DNA from: a virus
Taxonomy: Duplodnaviria; Caudoviricetes
IMG/VR virus record: IMGVR_UViG_3300033233_000045
Span: 1 to 57,467 of that record
DNA length: 57,467 nt
Reading direction: 5' to 3' (one strand)
A program made the translations under genes and the position numbers. Below are positions 18,321 through 27,694 of the stretch, piece after piece (within the stretch, counting starts at the first letter, position 1; each line of letters starts with the position of its first letter). The notes below the pieces were generated by a model, which had not been told where the DNA came from, ran no database searches, and worked only from the letters and a program-made list of their open reading frames with translations.

Positions 18321-18568
18321 GCGAGCGCTCCCAGACGGTGGTCGAGGTATGCCCGCTGCCAAACGGCTACATGCTCTATCGGAGCGTGGACGGCGCCGGC
18401 GGTGTCCGCTACTATTCCGACGAGATCGGCGGCGGCGTGATCGTCTGGGACGCGTCTCTCGTTGATGAGAGTTCCGTGCTCGCCGCCATCGTGGAGGAGC
18501 GGCGACGGTTGACGCGCGTACGCCTCGGCTCGTGCTCTGTTGCGGCGGCGCAACATGCCGACCGGTGA
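18317..18568 (+). CDS. Hypothetical protein
   Basis: ATGA coupling and GGAGG RBS. Confidence 0.55.
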   Translation: MSERSQTVVEVCPLPNGYMLYRSVDGAGGVRYYSDEIGGGVIVWDASLVDESSVLAAIVEERRRLTRVRLGSCSVAAAQHADR

Positions 18569-19142
18569 CGCTGCATTTCGCGCGCTCCTTGGCGAGACGC
18601 GACGCGAGATCGCGGACCTGACCGGGGCGCTTGGTTCCGGCAAAGTGTCTATCCCCGAGTGGGGCGGGATCATGCTGGAGAGCCTCGCGGACGCCCACGC
18701 GAGGGCGGGCTATCACGGGCGGCAGCGTGGCGGGGACACCGCGCCCTTTGACGCGGACGACGAGCGGTTCGGACGGCTCGCGGTCCAGGAGGAGATGTCG
18801 TTCCTCGCGGCGTTCGAGCAGGATCTCGTCGCGGGCCGATACCGGCGCGAAGACGGGGCGCTCGCCGTGGAGGACGTGCAGCGCCGCGCGGAAATGTATC
18901 TAGGTCGCCTCTACGGCACGGCGAACGAGGCGATGTGCTGGGTGGCCGACGAGGCGCTGGTCTGGCATCTCGGGCAGGTTGACGATTCTCACTGCGAGGC
19001 GTGTCCGAAACTGGCCGAGGGCAGTCCTTATCCGCCGGGCCGATGGCCGACACTGCCGGGGATGAACCGGACGCCATGTCTCTCCCGGTGCGCCTGTTGG
19101 GTTTCCACCGAGAGCGGGATCGTGGGATTCAGGCCGGGGTGA
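18555..19142 (+). CDS. Minor head morphogenesis protein (MuF-like)
   Basis: RRAEMY, WHLG..HCEACP..CLSRCAC; lies after the portal. Confidence 0.7.
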   Translation: MPTGDAAFRALLGETRREIADLTGALGSGKVSIPEWGGIMLESLADAHARAGYHGRQRGGDTAPFDADDERFGRLAVQEEMSFLAAFEQDLVAGRYRREDGALAVEDVQRRAEMYLGRLYGTANEAMCWVADEALVWHLGQVDDSHCEACPKLAEGSPYPPGRWPTLPGMNRTPCLSRCACWVSTESGIVGFRPG

Positions 19143-19148
19143 TGCAGG

Positions 19149-19337
19149 ATGTCCAAACAAACGCGGCGAACGGGCTTTCAGGACGTGCGTGATCCGGTGA
19201 GCCGAAAACTCATCTTGCGGATTGACGCCGAACGCCGTATACTGGAGGTCAAGACATTCAAACACGCCGAACCCGTCCTTGTGGACCTGAAGCCTTACCT
19301 GGAAGGGGACCGACCCGACACTGAATCATTCTCTTGA
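19149..19337 (+). CDS. Small protein, possibly a Cys-less Mu Com-like regulator
   Basis: DVRDPVSRKLILRID...ILEVK; sits just before the head-gene leader. Confidence 0.4.
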   Translation: MSKQTRRTGFQDVRDPVSRKLILRIDAERRILEVKTFKHAEPVLVDLKPYLEGDRPDTESFS

Positions 19338-19364
19338 CTGATTGACAACCCAATATCTGCCAGA

Positions 19365-19435
19365 GCCTCCGCGAGGGGCCTGAATGCCGCCGAAGCGACC
19401 TGCCAATGAGCGGGCGCGGCATCCAGGCCCCTTTT
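19365..19435 (+). terminator. Structured leader/terminator upstream of the protease-capsid genes
   Basis: ggggcctg-a-atgccgc / gcggcat-c-caggcccc followed by TTTT. Confidence 0.55.
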
Positions 19436-19457
19436 CGCGTTTCTGGGACATCTACTC

Positions 19458-21314
19458 ATGCCCACCCAGCGCGTCAAACCGATCCACCTGTTCGTGCCGT
19501 TCGAGCGTGTCTCTCGCCGTGAGGAGGACGACGTCCTCATCGTCGAAGGCTACTGCTTCGTCAACGAGGTCGTCAAGGGCGAGAACGGCCTGCGCCTGAA
19601 GCGGTCGGCGATGGAGGCGGCCACGGACGATTACATGCGGTTCGGAGCGGTGCGCGAGATGCACCAGATGGTCGCCGCCGGAACCGCCCAACGCGTAGAG
19701 TGGGATGAGAAAGGCTGTCGCTTGACCGCCGAGATCGTGGATGAGGCGGCGAAAAAGAAGGTGGAACGGAATGTCTACAAAGGGTTTTCACTCGGCGTGA
19801 ATCCGACTGTCTTGCGCGGGAATGTAGTGGAAACGTGCGAGTGGGTGGAGAACTCGCTTGTGGATCGCCCGAAGGACCCGGACGCGCTGTTTCTCTATCG
19901 CCTCGCCGGCTATGACCCCGACGCGGAGGTCGAGGTCGAGGTCCTCGACGCTGCTGTTGCTGCTTCCTCCGATGCCATGGGGGAAACGGCGGCGGAATCC
20001 TCTTCGCCGCCGCCGGAATCTGTCTCCTTTGCCGAAGCCGACGCGGGGCTCCCTCCTGACGCGGACGTGACGGCGGAGGAGACTTCTTTTTCCGAGAGCG
20101 CGACCGATGAGGGCGGCGGGGACGCGGTCCGCGCCGCGCTGCTCGCGGCAGGGCTGCCCGAGGATTTGCTCTCCCGCGTGGAGATCGTTCAGACCGGGGA
20201 AGAGCGCGCACTGACGTCCACGAGCACGCCCACGCGCGAGAACCTGGAAGGGGCACGGAAACCAAAGCCGAAACCCGCGTCCGCGCCGCCGAAACCGAAA
20301 CAAGTTTCCGATGGGACGGCGGAACGGGCGATGGACGAGGAATATTATGCCGCGACGCCGCCTGCTCCTTCCACGCCTCGGACATTCAAGGAAGCGATGG
20401 CGCAGGAACGCGCGCGGGCGATCATGGGCGACGTGAACAACGCCTACGTCAGCCTGATGGATTCGCTGTGGTCGATCATGGACTCTGACCGCGCGGACAA
20501 GGAGACGCTGTGCCGCGAGAGCATCGGCCAGTTCGCGGACCACATGGCGGCCATGGCGAAGGCCGCTGAGGAACGCGGCGAGTCCCCGGCGTTCGCGGGC
20601 GCGTTCGCGGCGCTGGTCGCGCGGATGAACGGCGGCGAGGGTTTAGCGCGGGCGGACAAGCCCGAGGGCGACTATGGCTCCCACGCCGACGCGGGATACG
20701 CCGATCCCGGCTACCAGGAGGACGGAAAACCGCGTTATCCGCTGAAGGAGAACGGCAGGCTCTCCGAGAAGCGCATCCGCGCGGCGTGGAGTTACATCAA
20801 CAAGGGAGACAACCGGGTCCCATACTCCGAGGCGGAACTCTCCAAGATCGAAGCGAAGATCCGAGCGGCGGCGAAAGAGGTCGGCGTCGAGATCACCGCC
20901 GAGGACAACCGCGCCGCGACGGCCGTCCTCGAACAAGTTTCCTCTCCCGTGGACGGGGAGGAGTTGACCGCGGCGATGGGCCGGGCGGAACGGGCCGAAA
21001 CCCAACTCGTGAGAGCGCGTGCGGCAAACGAGGAGACGCTGAAATGTCTCGCCGACGCGGAAGCGCGGGTGAAACGGCTGGAGAACGCCCCGGCGGCCAA
21101 GCCGGTGATCCGGTTCCCGCACGCCCTCGACCGGACGTTCCTCGCGAACCTCGGTCGGGAGGAAGACCGCGAGACCGACGATCTGGTCGCCCAATACAAA
21201 CAGGCGACAAAGGACGCGGAGTCCGCGACCGAGCAGGCGAAACAGTACGCCGCCATCGACCGCATGATGGCGCTTCGGGCAGTGTTGAATCAGCGCGGCG
21301 TCCGATTGGACTGA
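19458..21314 (+). CDS. Prohead protease-scaffold fusion with a DUF6582-like domain
   Basis: VREMH, YKGFSLG, ENSLVDRP protease motifs; acidic linker; YADPG..RYPL..RAAWSYI; C-terminal coiled coil. Confidence 0.85.
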   Translation: MPTQRVKPIHLFVPFERVSRREEDDVLIVEGYCFVNEVVKGENGLRLKRSAMEAATDDYMRFGAVREMHQMVAAGTAQRVEWDEKGCRLTAEIVDEAAKKKVERNVYKGFSLGVNPTVLRGNVVETCEWVENSLVDRPKDPDALFLYRLAGYDPDAEVEVEVLDAAVAASSDAMGETAAESSSPPPESVSFAEADAGLPPDADVTAEETSFSESATDEGGGDAVRAALLAAGLPEDLLSRVEIVQTGEERALTSTSTPTRENLEGARKPKPKPASAPPKPKQVSDGTAERAMDEEYYAATPPAPSTPRTFKEAMAQERARAIMGDVNNAYVSLMDSLWSIMDSDRADKETLCRESIGQFADHMAAMAKAAEERGESPAFAGAFAALVARMNGGEGLARADKPEGDYGSHADAGYADPGYQEDGKPRYPLKENGRLSEKRIRAAWSYINKGDNRVPYSEAELSKIEAKIRAAAKEVGVEITAEDNRAATAVLEQVSSPVDGEELTAAMGRAERAETQLVRARAANEETLKCLADAEARVKRLENAPAAKPVIRFPHALDRTFLANLGREEDRETDDLVAQYKQATKDAESATEQAKQYAAIDRMMALRAVLNQRGVRLD

Positions 21315-21335
21315 CGCCGGGCCGGAGGTATAGAG

Positions 21336-22922
21336 ATGTTGATGCCCATGCAGGGCAACTTGATGGTCGGGGGGCGGCGCGTCGCTTCGGCCGGGTTTAT
21401 GCTCGGGGAGCCGCCTCGAGGTTATGAATTAGGCCCCTCGATTCCCGTTTACGCGCGCGGTGATCTCCTCTCGGCGCAGACCTCGGAACTCATTGAACGG
21501 ATGCAGCGGGTCGACGTGGAGCGGGTCGATCTCACCGGCGACCTCTCCTCCATCGTGAAGCAGCTCGGGGGGACGCTCTCCGAGGTGAAGCGCGCGCTCA
21601 CCTCGACGAACGTGCCGGTGCGCGAGAACCTGGAAGCGCCCGCGCGCATCCTCGTCCCGCTGGAAACGCCGATGCGGAACCGCATCCCGCGCGTCTCCGG
21701 CTCGGGGACCGCCGCCGCGTGGCGGCAACTGACGAGTCTCGGCGGCGGCTACGGGTTCGCGACGACAGTGACGACCGGCGTCGCCTCGGCCACGCAGACG
21801 GTTGCCTCGACGGCGGGGATGCAGCCGGGCGACGTGCTTCAGTTCGTGACGGCCACCACTGGCGTTCCGATCGGCGGCACGACGGTGGCCTCGCTGCGGA
21901 CGGTCTCCTCGATCACCTCCGCGACGGTCGTTGTCCTCGCCGCGACGATTACCACGGTGACCGGTGACCTGGTGGTCAACACCGGCAAGGCAGCGGGCGA
22001 CGTGGTGACGGGTAGCACGACGGCGGCGCAGGTCCCGGGTCGTCCGATGGGGGCGGGTCCGGCGTCGGGGCTCACGGCCTCGACCTATTACGGCCGCTCG
22101 TTCTTCGCGGAGACGGGAGCGCCGGCCGAGAAGACGGAGACGTACGCCAACAAGTCGAGCGCCTACAAACTACTCGGCAGCTATGGCAGCATCACCGGGT
22201 TCGCCATGGCGGCGGGGGCGACCTATCAGCCACAGATGGGGACGGCCCGGCGCAACACGTTGATGAACCTCATGTTGAACGAGGAGAACGCCTTCGTCAA
22301 CGGCTCCAGCACGAGTCTTCTGCCGCCGTGGGGCGATTTCGTCACGGCGCTGGGGTTTGATGGGCTGATCAATCTGATCACCACCGCGAACGGCGTTCCG
22401 GCGGACCAGGTGCAGGTGACGGTCGGCTCGCTCACGCTCTCCCACGTGGACGCCCAGTTGCGTCGCATCTGGGACTTTGGGGGACGCGGAAACTGGATGT
22501 TGGCGTCGGGCCAGGAGATCGCCTCGTTCGTCCACCTGGCGGAAGCGGCGGGCAGCATCATCCGGGTTCAGGCGACCATGCAGGGGAGCACCGTGCTCGG
22601 ACTGACCGTCAACGGCTACGTCCACCCGGTCACGGGCGAGGTCGTGCCGTTGATCCCCAGCCGCTACCTCGCGCCGGGCACGCTGATCTTCGGCAGCGAC
22701 TTCCTGCCGGACGGCACACCTGCCCTGGAGGTGGACGTGCTGCCGCAGGTGGAGTTGCCGCAACTGGCCCCGGACGAGATGATCATGGGCTACACGCTCC
22801 AGGAACTCGCACCCACGACCGCGCAGCCGATCAACTATCCCTGGATCGCCACGGTGTTCGAGGTGCTGAAAATGATGGGGAGCACCGTGTTCGCCAAGTC
22901 GACCGGATTGACGGCAGTATAG
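21336..22922 (+). CDS. Major capsid protein
   Basis: LEAPARILVPLETPMRNRIPR, EENAFVNG, FDGL; position; GGAGG RBS. Confidence 0.85.
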   Translation: MLMPMQGNLMVGGRRVASAGFMLGEPPRGYELGPSIPVYARGDLLSAQTSELIERMQRVDVERVDLTGDLSSIVKQLGGTLSEVKRALTSTNVPVRENLEAPARILVPLETPMRNRIPRVSGSGTAAAWRQLTSLGGGYGFATTVTTGVASATQTVASTAGMQPGDVLQFVTATTGVPIGGTTVASLRTVSSITSATVVVLAATITTVTGDLVVNTGKAAGDVVTGSTTAAQVPGRPMGAGPASGLTASTYYGRSFFAETGAPAEKTETYANKSSAYKLLGSYGSITGFAMAAGATYQPQMGTARRNTLMNLMLNEENAFVNGSSTSLLPPWGDFVTALGFDGLINLITTANGVPADQVQVTVGSLTLSHVDAQLRRIWDFGGRGNWMLASGQEIASFVHLAEAAGSIIRVQATMQGSTVLGLTVNGYVHPVTGEVVPLIPSRYLAPGTLIFGSDFLPDGTPALEVDVLPQVELPQLAPDEMIMGYTLQELAPTTAQPINYPWIATVFEVLKMMGSTVFAKSTGLTAV

Positions 22923-22932
22923 TCGCGGCAAT

Positions 22933-22967
22933 GGGACAGGACCGGGGATGAGCCCCGGTCCTGTCCC
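22933..22967 (+). terminator. Perfect 15-bp GC hairpin after the capsid gene (no U-tract)
   Basis: gggacaggaccgggg-atgag-ccccggtcctgtccc. Confidence 0.6.
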
Positions 22968-22980
22968 TGGAGGAGAGGCC

Positions 22981-23490
22981 ATGAACATCACCGTGCAGGT
23001 CCCGCATCTGGGCTATCGGGCGCCGGGAGCGGCGGCGGAACAGCAGATCGACCGGCTCCGCACGCGCATGATCCAGGGGACGGGGACGACGGAACTTCCC
23101 GTGCCGGGTCTGCGCGCCGTGGAAAAGGTCCGGGCGGCGGGACTGGTCTTCGACGAGAAGATCGTCCGCGAGCTGCCGCTCGACGCGAACCAGAAGAACT
23201 TCTTCGCGGCGGTCGTGGACACTTATCGGCTCGTGGAGGGCATCGACGGGGAGCCGTTCCTGGAGCGGCATCCGTGGAGCAACGACGGCGTGTGGCAGCC
23301 GAAGGAGACGTTCTGGATCACGGGCGATTGGGACGAGAGCGTGTCGCCGCCGTCCGGCGCGATTTTTCCGCCGCCGGAGACGGTCCGGCAGCCGATCCTG
23401 ACGGAGGCAAGCGTCGGCGCGGCCGACGCGCAGGCGACGCTCACGCGGCGGGGCGCGGCGGAAAAAGCGGCGGCGTCCGCCAAGGAGTAG
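22981..23490 (+). CDS. Hypothetical head-associated protein
   Basis: GGAGAGG RBS; position. Confidence 0.55.
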   Translation: MNITVQVPHLGYRAPGAAAEQQIDRLRTRMIQGTGTTELPVPGLRAVEKVRAAGLVFDEKIVRELPLDANQKNFFAAVVDTYRLVEGIDGEPFLERHPWSNDGVWQPKETFWITGDWDESVSPPSGAIFPPPETVRQPILTEASVGAADAQATLTRRGAAEKAAASAKE

Positions 23491-23493
23491 GCG

Positions 23494-24243
23494 ATGGCAG
23501 ACCTTTCCGCGTTTCGCGGTGGACTGATCGACGAGTGTTTCACGAAGAACGTCGCCGGCGGCGTGGATGTGACGCTGGCAGTCAGGGGAGAGGCGGACCG
23601 GTCCTGCCTCATCTTCACCGGCGCGCTCACAGCGTCGATCGCCGTCATCTTCCCAGCCACCGCGGAATCGGCCGGCCTTGTCTGGCAGATCGAGAACCAG
23701 ACCACGGGCGCGTTCCTACTGTCGGTCAAGAACTCAGGCGGAACGGCGCTCGTCATCCCGGCGGGTGTGCGCTCCTTTGTCCTGTGGACGGGGACGGCGT
23801 TCGTGTTCGCCAGCAGCCAGATTCAGATGTCGGAGATCATCCTCACGTCGGCGCAGGTCAAGGCGCTTCGCGCGACGCCCATTACGATCTTCGGGGCTCC
23901 GGGCGCCGGGAAGTTGCTGGAGTTTCTTTCCGCACAATTGATTCTCGACTACGGCGGCACGAACGGCTTCACCGAAGCCGGGAACAACCTCGCGGTGCGG
24001 TTCGTGGACGGAACGGGCGTGATCGTTTCCCAGGCTATCGAGATGACCGGATTCATCGATCAAACGGCGGACACGGCCACGACCGCGCAGCCGAAGATCG
24101 ACGTGATCGCGGCGAAAGCGGCCTGCGAGAATGTGCCGCTTGTGCTCCACAACACGTCGGGCGCCGAAATCGCCGGGAACGCGGCGAACGACAACATCGT
24201 CCGGGTGAAGACGTGCTGCCGCGTCCACGCCACGGGATGGTAG
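23494..24243 (+). CDS. Head decoration/fibre protein with the shared N-terminal module
   Basis: MADLSAFRG..FTGALT..WQIENQTTGAF; SAQVKALRATP..APGAGK. Confidence 0.65.
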   Translation: MADLSAFRGGLIDECFTKNVAGGVDVTLAVRGEADRSCLIFTGALTASIAVIFPATAESAGLVWQIENQTTGAFLLSVKNSGGTALVIPAGVRSFVLWTGTAFVFASSQIQMSEIILTSAQVKALRATPITIFGAPGAGKLLEFLSAQLILDYGGTNGFTEAGNNLAVRFVDGTGVIVSQAIEMTGFIDQTADTATTAQPKIDVIAAKAACENVPLVLHNTSGAEIAGNAANDNIVRVKTCCRVHATGW

Positions 24244-24246
24244 GCG

Positions 24247-24897
24247 ATGGCGAAAACGGCGTATCCCACGGAGATCGAGTTTCATGCCTATCTCTCGGAC
24301 GCGGGGTTTTCCGCCGCTTTCCTGGCGCTTCTGGATCTGGAGACGGCGCTCGCGGCGGGTCAGTCGACCTTCGAGGAAATGACGGGGCGGCGGATGCTGG
24401 CGACCACGCAGACGCGCGAGTTCGATCCGCCCTCGAACTCATGGCGTGATCTCGACCTGAAAACGGACCTCCTCTCGGTGACGGGTCTCACCGTGGGCGC
24501 AACGGCGTTGATCTCGGGAACCGATTACCGGCTCCTGCCCTACAACGCGGCGGACGACGGACGGCCTTACAACATGGTGCGGTTCAACCGCTGGTGGACG
24601 CCGCCGCCGACGTGGGCGGAACGCGGCAGCGTCGTGATCACGGGCTCGTGGGGTTTCGGGACGACGATCCCCGAGGCGGCGTGGCAGGGGATTCTGACGC
24701 TCGCGGGGCTGTCGCTCTTCCCGGCCATCGCCCAATCGCGGACGCGGGGCATCCAGATGTGGCGGGAGGCAGACGTGACGGAGCAATATGGAGCCGATCC
24801 GTTGGGGAGCCTGCGTGACAACTGGTCGCGTTACGCGATGGGAGTGGACGGCAGGGGCGGCGTCGTGGGGATGTATCGGAGGGTCACGCAGGGCTGA
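24247..24897 (+). CDS. Head-tail adaptor
   Basis: MTGRRM..DYRLLPYN..VVITGSWGF..IP; position. Confidence 0.75.
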   Translation: MAKTAYPTEIEFHAYLSDAGFSAAFLALLDLETALAAGQSTFEEMTGRRMLATTQTREFDPPSNSWRDLDLKTDLLSVTGLTVGATALISGTDYRLLPYNAADDGRPYNMVRFNRWWTPPPTWAERGSVVITGSWGFGTTIPEAAWQGILTLAGLSLFPAIAQSRTRGIQMWREADVTEQYGADPLGSLRDNWSRYAMGVDGRGGVVGMYRRVTQG

Positions 24898-25319
24898 TGG
24901 CGAGCATCTATGAGGACGTGATCGCGCTCTCTCTGGCCGCGCGGGCGCCGGGGGCGGCCACGGAACAGGCCACCTCCTATTTCCGCGCCCTGGGCGCTAA
25001 TGGTCTCTATATCCTGCTGCACGTTTCGGCGATCGGGACGGGAAATCTTACGTTCAGGATTTACAGCCGCGAGATATTCGAGGGGACCGACTACCAGATC
25101 AACCTCGACCATGCCACGCCGATCACCGCCACGGGCCGCTACGCGCATCCACTCGCCCTCGGCGTCGCCCGACAACCTGCCGGAGAAGCGGCCGTCACGG
25201 TCGCGACCGCCGTCAAACAGACGATCTCTCTTCCCGCGCCGGATATATTCCGGTTTGGGGTGTTGCATTCGGACGCGTCGGCATGGACTTATGGCGTCTC
25301 ATTCAAGCGTGTGAGGTGA
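24897..25319 (+). CDS. Small beta-sandwich virion protein (paralog 1)
   Basis: Similar to the next gene; ends SDASAWTYGVSFKR. Confidence 0.6.
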   Translation: MASIYEDVIALSLAARAPGAATEQATSYFRALGANGLYILLHVSAIGTGNLTFRIYSREIFEGTDYQINLDHATPITATGRYAHPLALGVARQPAGEAAVTVATAVKQTISLPAPDIFRFGVLHSDASAWTYGVSFKRVR

Positions 25320-25323
25320 CGGG

Positions 25324-25728
25324 GTGGCGACGCTCCACGAACAGTCGGTCTCCATCCCGCTCTCGTCCTATACCGCATCCGTCACGGGCCGCAACGAGCG
25401 ATCCGAGGGCGCGAGAGGATTGTTCGTCGTCGTTCGGGTGAAAACCGCGGGGACGGGAACGATCACCCCGTTTTTGACATTGCTGGAACCGTTCCAGAGC
25501 GTTCCCAGCCAGCAGAGTCAAAACGTCAACATCTCCACCGCCGGGACGTTTTTCCTGGTGATCCATCCATTCGCGGCAAAACGTCCCGCGGGCGAAGCGG
25601 CGAACACGGTCCATGCGAACTGTATTCAGACCGTGGACACGCTTCCGCCTGATCGGTTCCGGTTCAACGTGAACAAGTCGGACGGTTCGACATGGGAATT
25701 CGGCGTCAGTTTTCAGAGGCTTTTCTAG
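25324..25728 (+). CDS. Small beta-sandwich virion protein (paralog 2)
   Basis: PAGEAA.TV..QT..P.PD.FRF.V..SD.S.W..GVSF.R shared with the previous gene. Confidence 0.6.
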   Translation: MATLHEQSVSIPLSSYTASVTGRNERSEGARGLFVVVRVKTAGTGTITPFLTLLEPFQSVPSQQSQNVNISTAGTFFLVIHPFAAKRPAGEAANTVHANCIQTVDTLPPDRFRFNVNKSDGSTWEFGVSFQRLF

Positions 25729-26160
25729 ATGCCGCTCACTCCCAGGCAGGAACTCTCCTATAACCATCGCGCCGACCTGTATCAGCCGGTGGTCGGGTTC
25801 GACGCGGACGGACGACCGCAACCGGTGGGCTATTCGTTGCGCTTCACGGACGTCCCCTGCCGGTTCGAGCGGCTCGTCCCCTATTCCGCGCCGGGCGTGC
25901 TCGGGCGGTCGGAGACGGACATCCTCCAGTCTCTGGACAAAATCCATTTCGCGGAGGATCAGGAGGTCGATGAGGCGTGGTGGATACAGGACAAAAGCCT
26001 GCGCCCGGACGGAACGCCGGGCAACTCTTACGGCCGCTGGTGGGTGGCGCGCGGGGAGCCACAGAGAATCATTGACTCACTCGACCGCGACGGCGGAAAG
26101 GTTGTCGTTACCGCGAGCGGTGAACTTCACCCGCCGGAAGGACTGCCGCTCGCGGCGTGA
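25729..26160 (+). CDS. Head-closure (stopper) protein, putative
   Basis: Size, position and DVPCRF motif. Confidence 0.55.
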   Translation: MPLTPRQELSYNHRADLYQPVVGFDADGRPQPVGYSLRFTDVPCRFERLVPYSAPGVLGRSETDILQSLDKIHFAEDQEVDEAWWIQDKSLRPDGTPGNSYGRWWVARGEPQRIIDSLDRDGGKVVVTASGELHPPEGLPLAA

Positions 26161-26166
26161 GGTCTC

Positions 26167-26637
26167 ATGGCGTTTGATTGGGCCGGGTTCGAGACAGGCG
26201 TGCGCGCCGCCGTGGGCGCGGTGTGGCCGGAGACGTTGCCCGGTCCCGGCGGCGGCGGTGTCTGGACAGTCACGCGTATCGAGCGGTTCCCGCTGGAGAA
26301 CGTCACCGCGCCGTTCGCCGTGATCCAGTTCTCCCCGGCGCGCGACTCGAACGAGTGGAGCGGGATCACAAACCAGGCGTACGAGATCGAGACCTCGATC
26401 TTCTACGTTACGGCGATCAACCTCTCCACCCACGTTGAGTTGACCGTCCGCGGCAGGCTAGAGGATTTGGAGGACGCCCTGCTCGCGACGGGAATCACGC
26501 CGGGGCAGGTATGGCGCGTGACGGGGCAGGACACAAGCGAGTTGAACGCGGCGAACGCGATTCTGCTCACGAAGAACAAGGCGCTGTTCGCGGGAGCGCT
26601 TTACGTGACGCTGATCGCGGGGGAGACGGGAAACTAA
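26167..26637 (+). CDS. Tail terminator, putative
   Basis: PFAVI motif; size; precedes the tube genes. Confidence 0.55.
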   Translation: MAFDWAGFETGVRAAVGAVWPETLPGPGGGGVWTVTRIERFPLENVTAPFAVIQFSPARDSNEWSGITNQAYEIETSIFYVTAINLSTHVELTVRGRLEDLEDALLATGITPGQVWRVTGQDTSELNAANAILLTKNKALFAGALYVTLIAGETGN

Positions 26638-26683
26638 AGCTCCGTCGGCCGCGGGCAAGGGCGAGAGGCGGGGGAGGTTTGTC

Positions 26684-27202
26684 ATGGCGATCGACGTTCC
26701 GGAATGGTTGCTCGGGCGACACATTACGACCGTCCAGGTGACGGCCCAGGAATTAGTCGCCGGTTCGCTTGCCATCCCGGCGGGCACACCGGCCCAGGTT
26801 GGCCCGATCGACTTCTTTACGGTCGTCGATGAGATCGAACAGACGCTGGAGACGGAGACCGAGAACATCGTGCCGATGACCTCACAGGCAATCAACGCGG
26901 TCGTGCTCGCGCAGGGCGGCGGTTTCAGTCTGACGGAGGTGCTGCGGCTGGATACCCCGCCCGTGACCAGTCCACTTTCCAGCGCGAATCATCTGTTCAC
27001 CTTGTTTCGTAACTGGCGACATTTCGAGGTCGTGTTCACGCGGGCGGCGCAGACTCACACGGGGCACTATGCGAATGGGGGATGCACCGTGAGCGTGCGG
27101 CGTGGAAAAAGCACAGCCGTCGCCCGATTCCTGCCGATCCAGAAATTTGAAGCGGCTCCCGCCCTCACGTTCGCCGGCAGCGGCAACGTGACGGTCACGT
27201 GA
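26684..27202 (+). CDS. Tail tube protein (paralog 1)
   Basis: Beta-rich; between terminator and chaperone. Confidence 0.6.
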   Translation: MAIDVPEWLLGRHITTVQVTAQELVAGSLAIPAGTPAQVGPIDFFTVVDEIEQTLETETENIVPMTSQAINAVVLAQGGGFSLTEVLRLDTPPVTSPLSSANHLFTLFRNWRHFEVVFTRAAQTHTGHYANGGCTVSVRRGKSTAVARFLPIQKFEAAPALTFAGSGNVTVT

Positions 27203-27208
27203 CAGACC

Positions 27209-27694
27209 ATGGCGATTGCGGTTCCCGAATGGCTGATCGGACGCGGCATCACGACGATTACCGTCACGGCGCAGGAGTTTTCCGGCGGTGTCCTGGCGAC
27301 GCCCGCGGGGCAGTCCGCCGTGGATTTTTTCACGGTAGTGGACCGCATCTACTACGAGCATGAGGTGGAGCTGGTGGACGTGTCGCCGACCACCTCCCGG
27401 CAACGGAACATGGTGATCCTCACCACCGGCGGGACATTTACGCTCACGGAAAACATGCGGCGTGCGTCCGCGGGCGGCGCTCATTCGTTCAATGGGCTCG
27501 CGCTTCTGTTTCACACGTGGGACTATTTCCGCCTGGTGTTTACGAGAGCGGAGAAAACGTATACGTTCTACGCCGTGAACGGCGGATTCACCGAGGAGGT
27601 AGGGCGCGGAAAAAGTCCGGCGCAAGCCCACTTCGCTCCGGCGGGGACGGTGGAGACCGGCGTGGCGCAGAGTCGGAACCCGAGTTACACATGA
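27209..27694 (+). CDS. Tail tube protein (paralog 2)
   Basis: MAIxVPEWLxGR, DFFTVVD and RGKS shared with paralog 1. Confidence 0.6.
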   Translation: MAIAVPEWLIGRGITTITVTAQEFSGGVLATPAGQSAVDFFTVVDRIYYEHEVELVDVSPTTSRQRNMVILTTGGTFTLTENMRRASAGGAHSFNGLALLFHTWDYFRLVFTRAEKTYTFYAVNGGFTEEVGRGKSPAQAHFAPAGTVETGVAQSRNPSYT

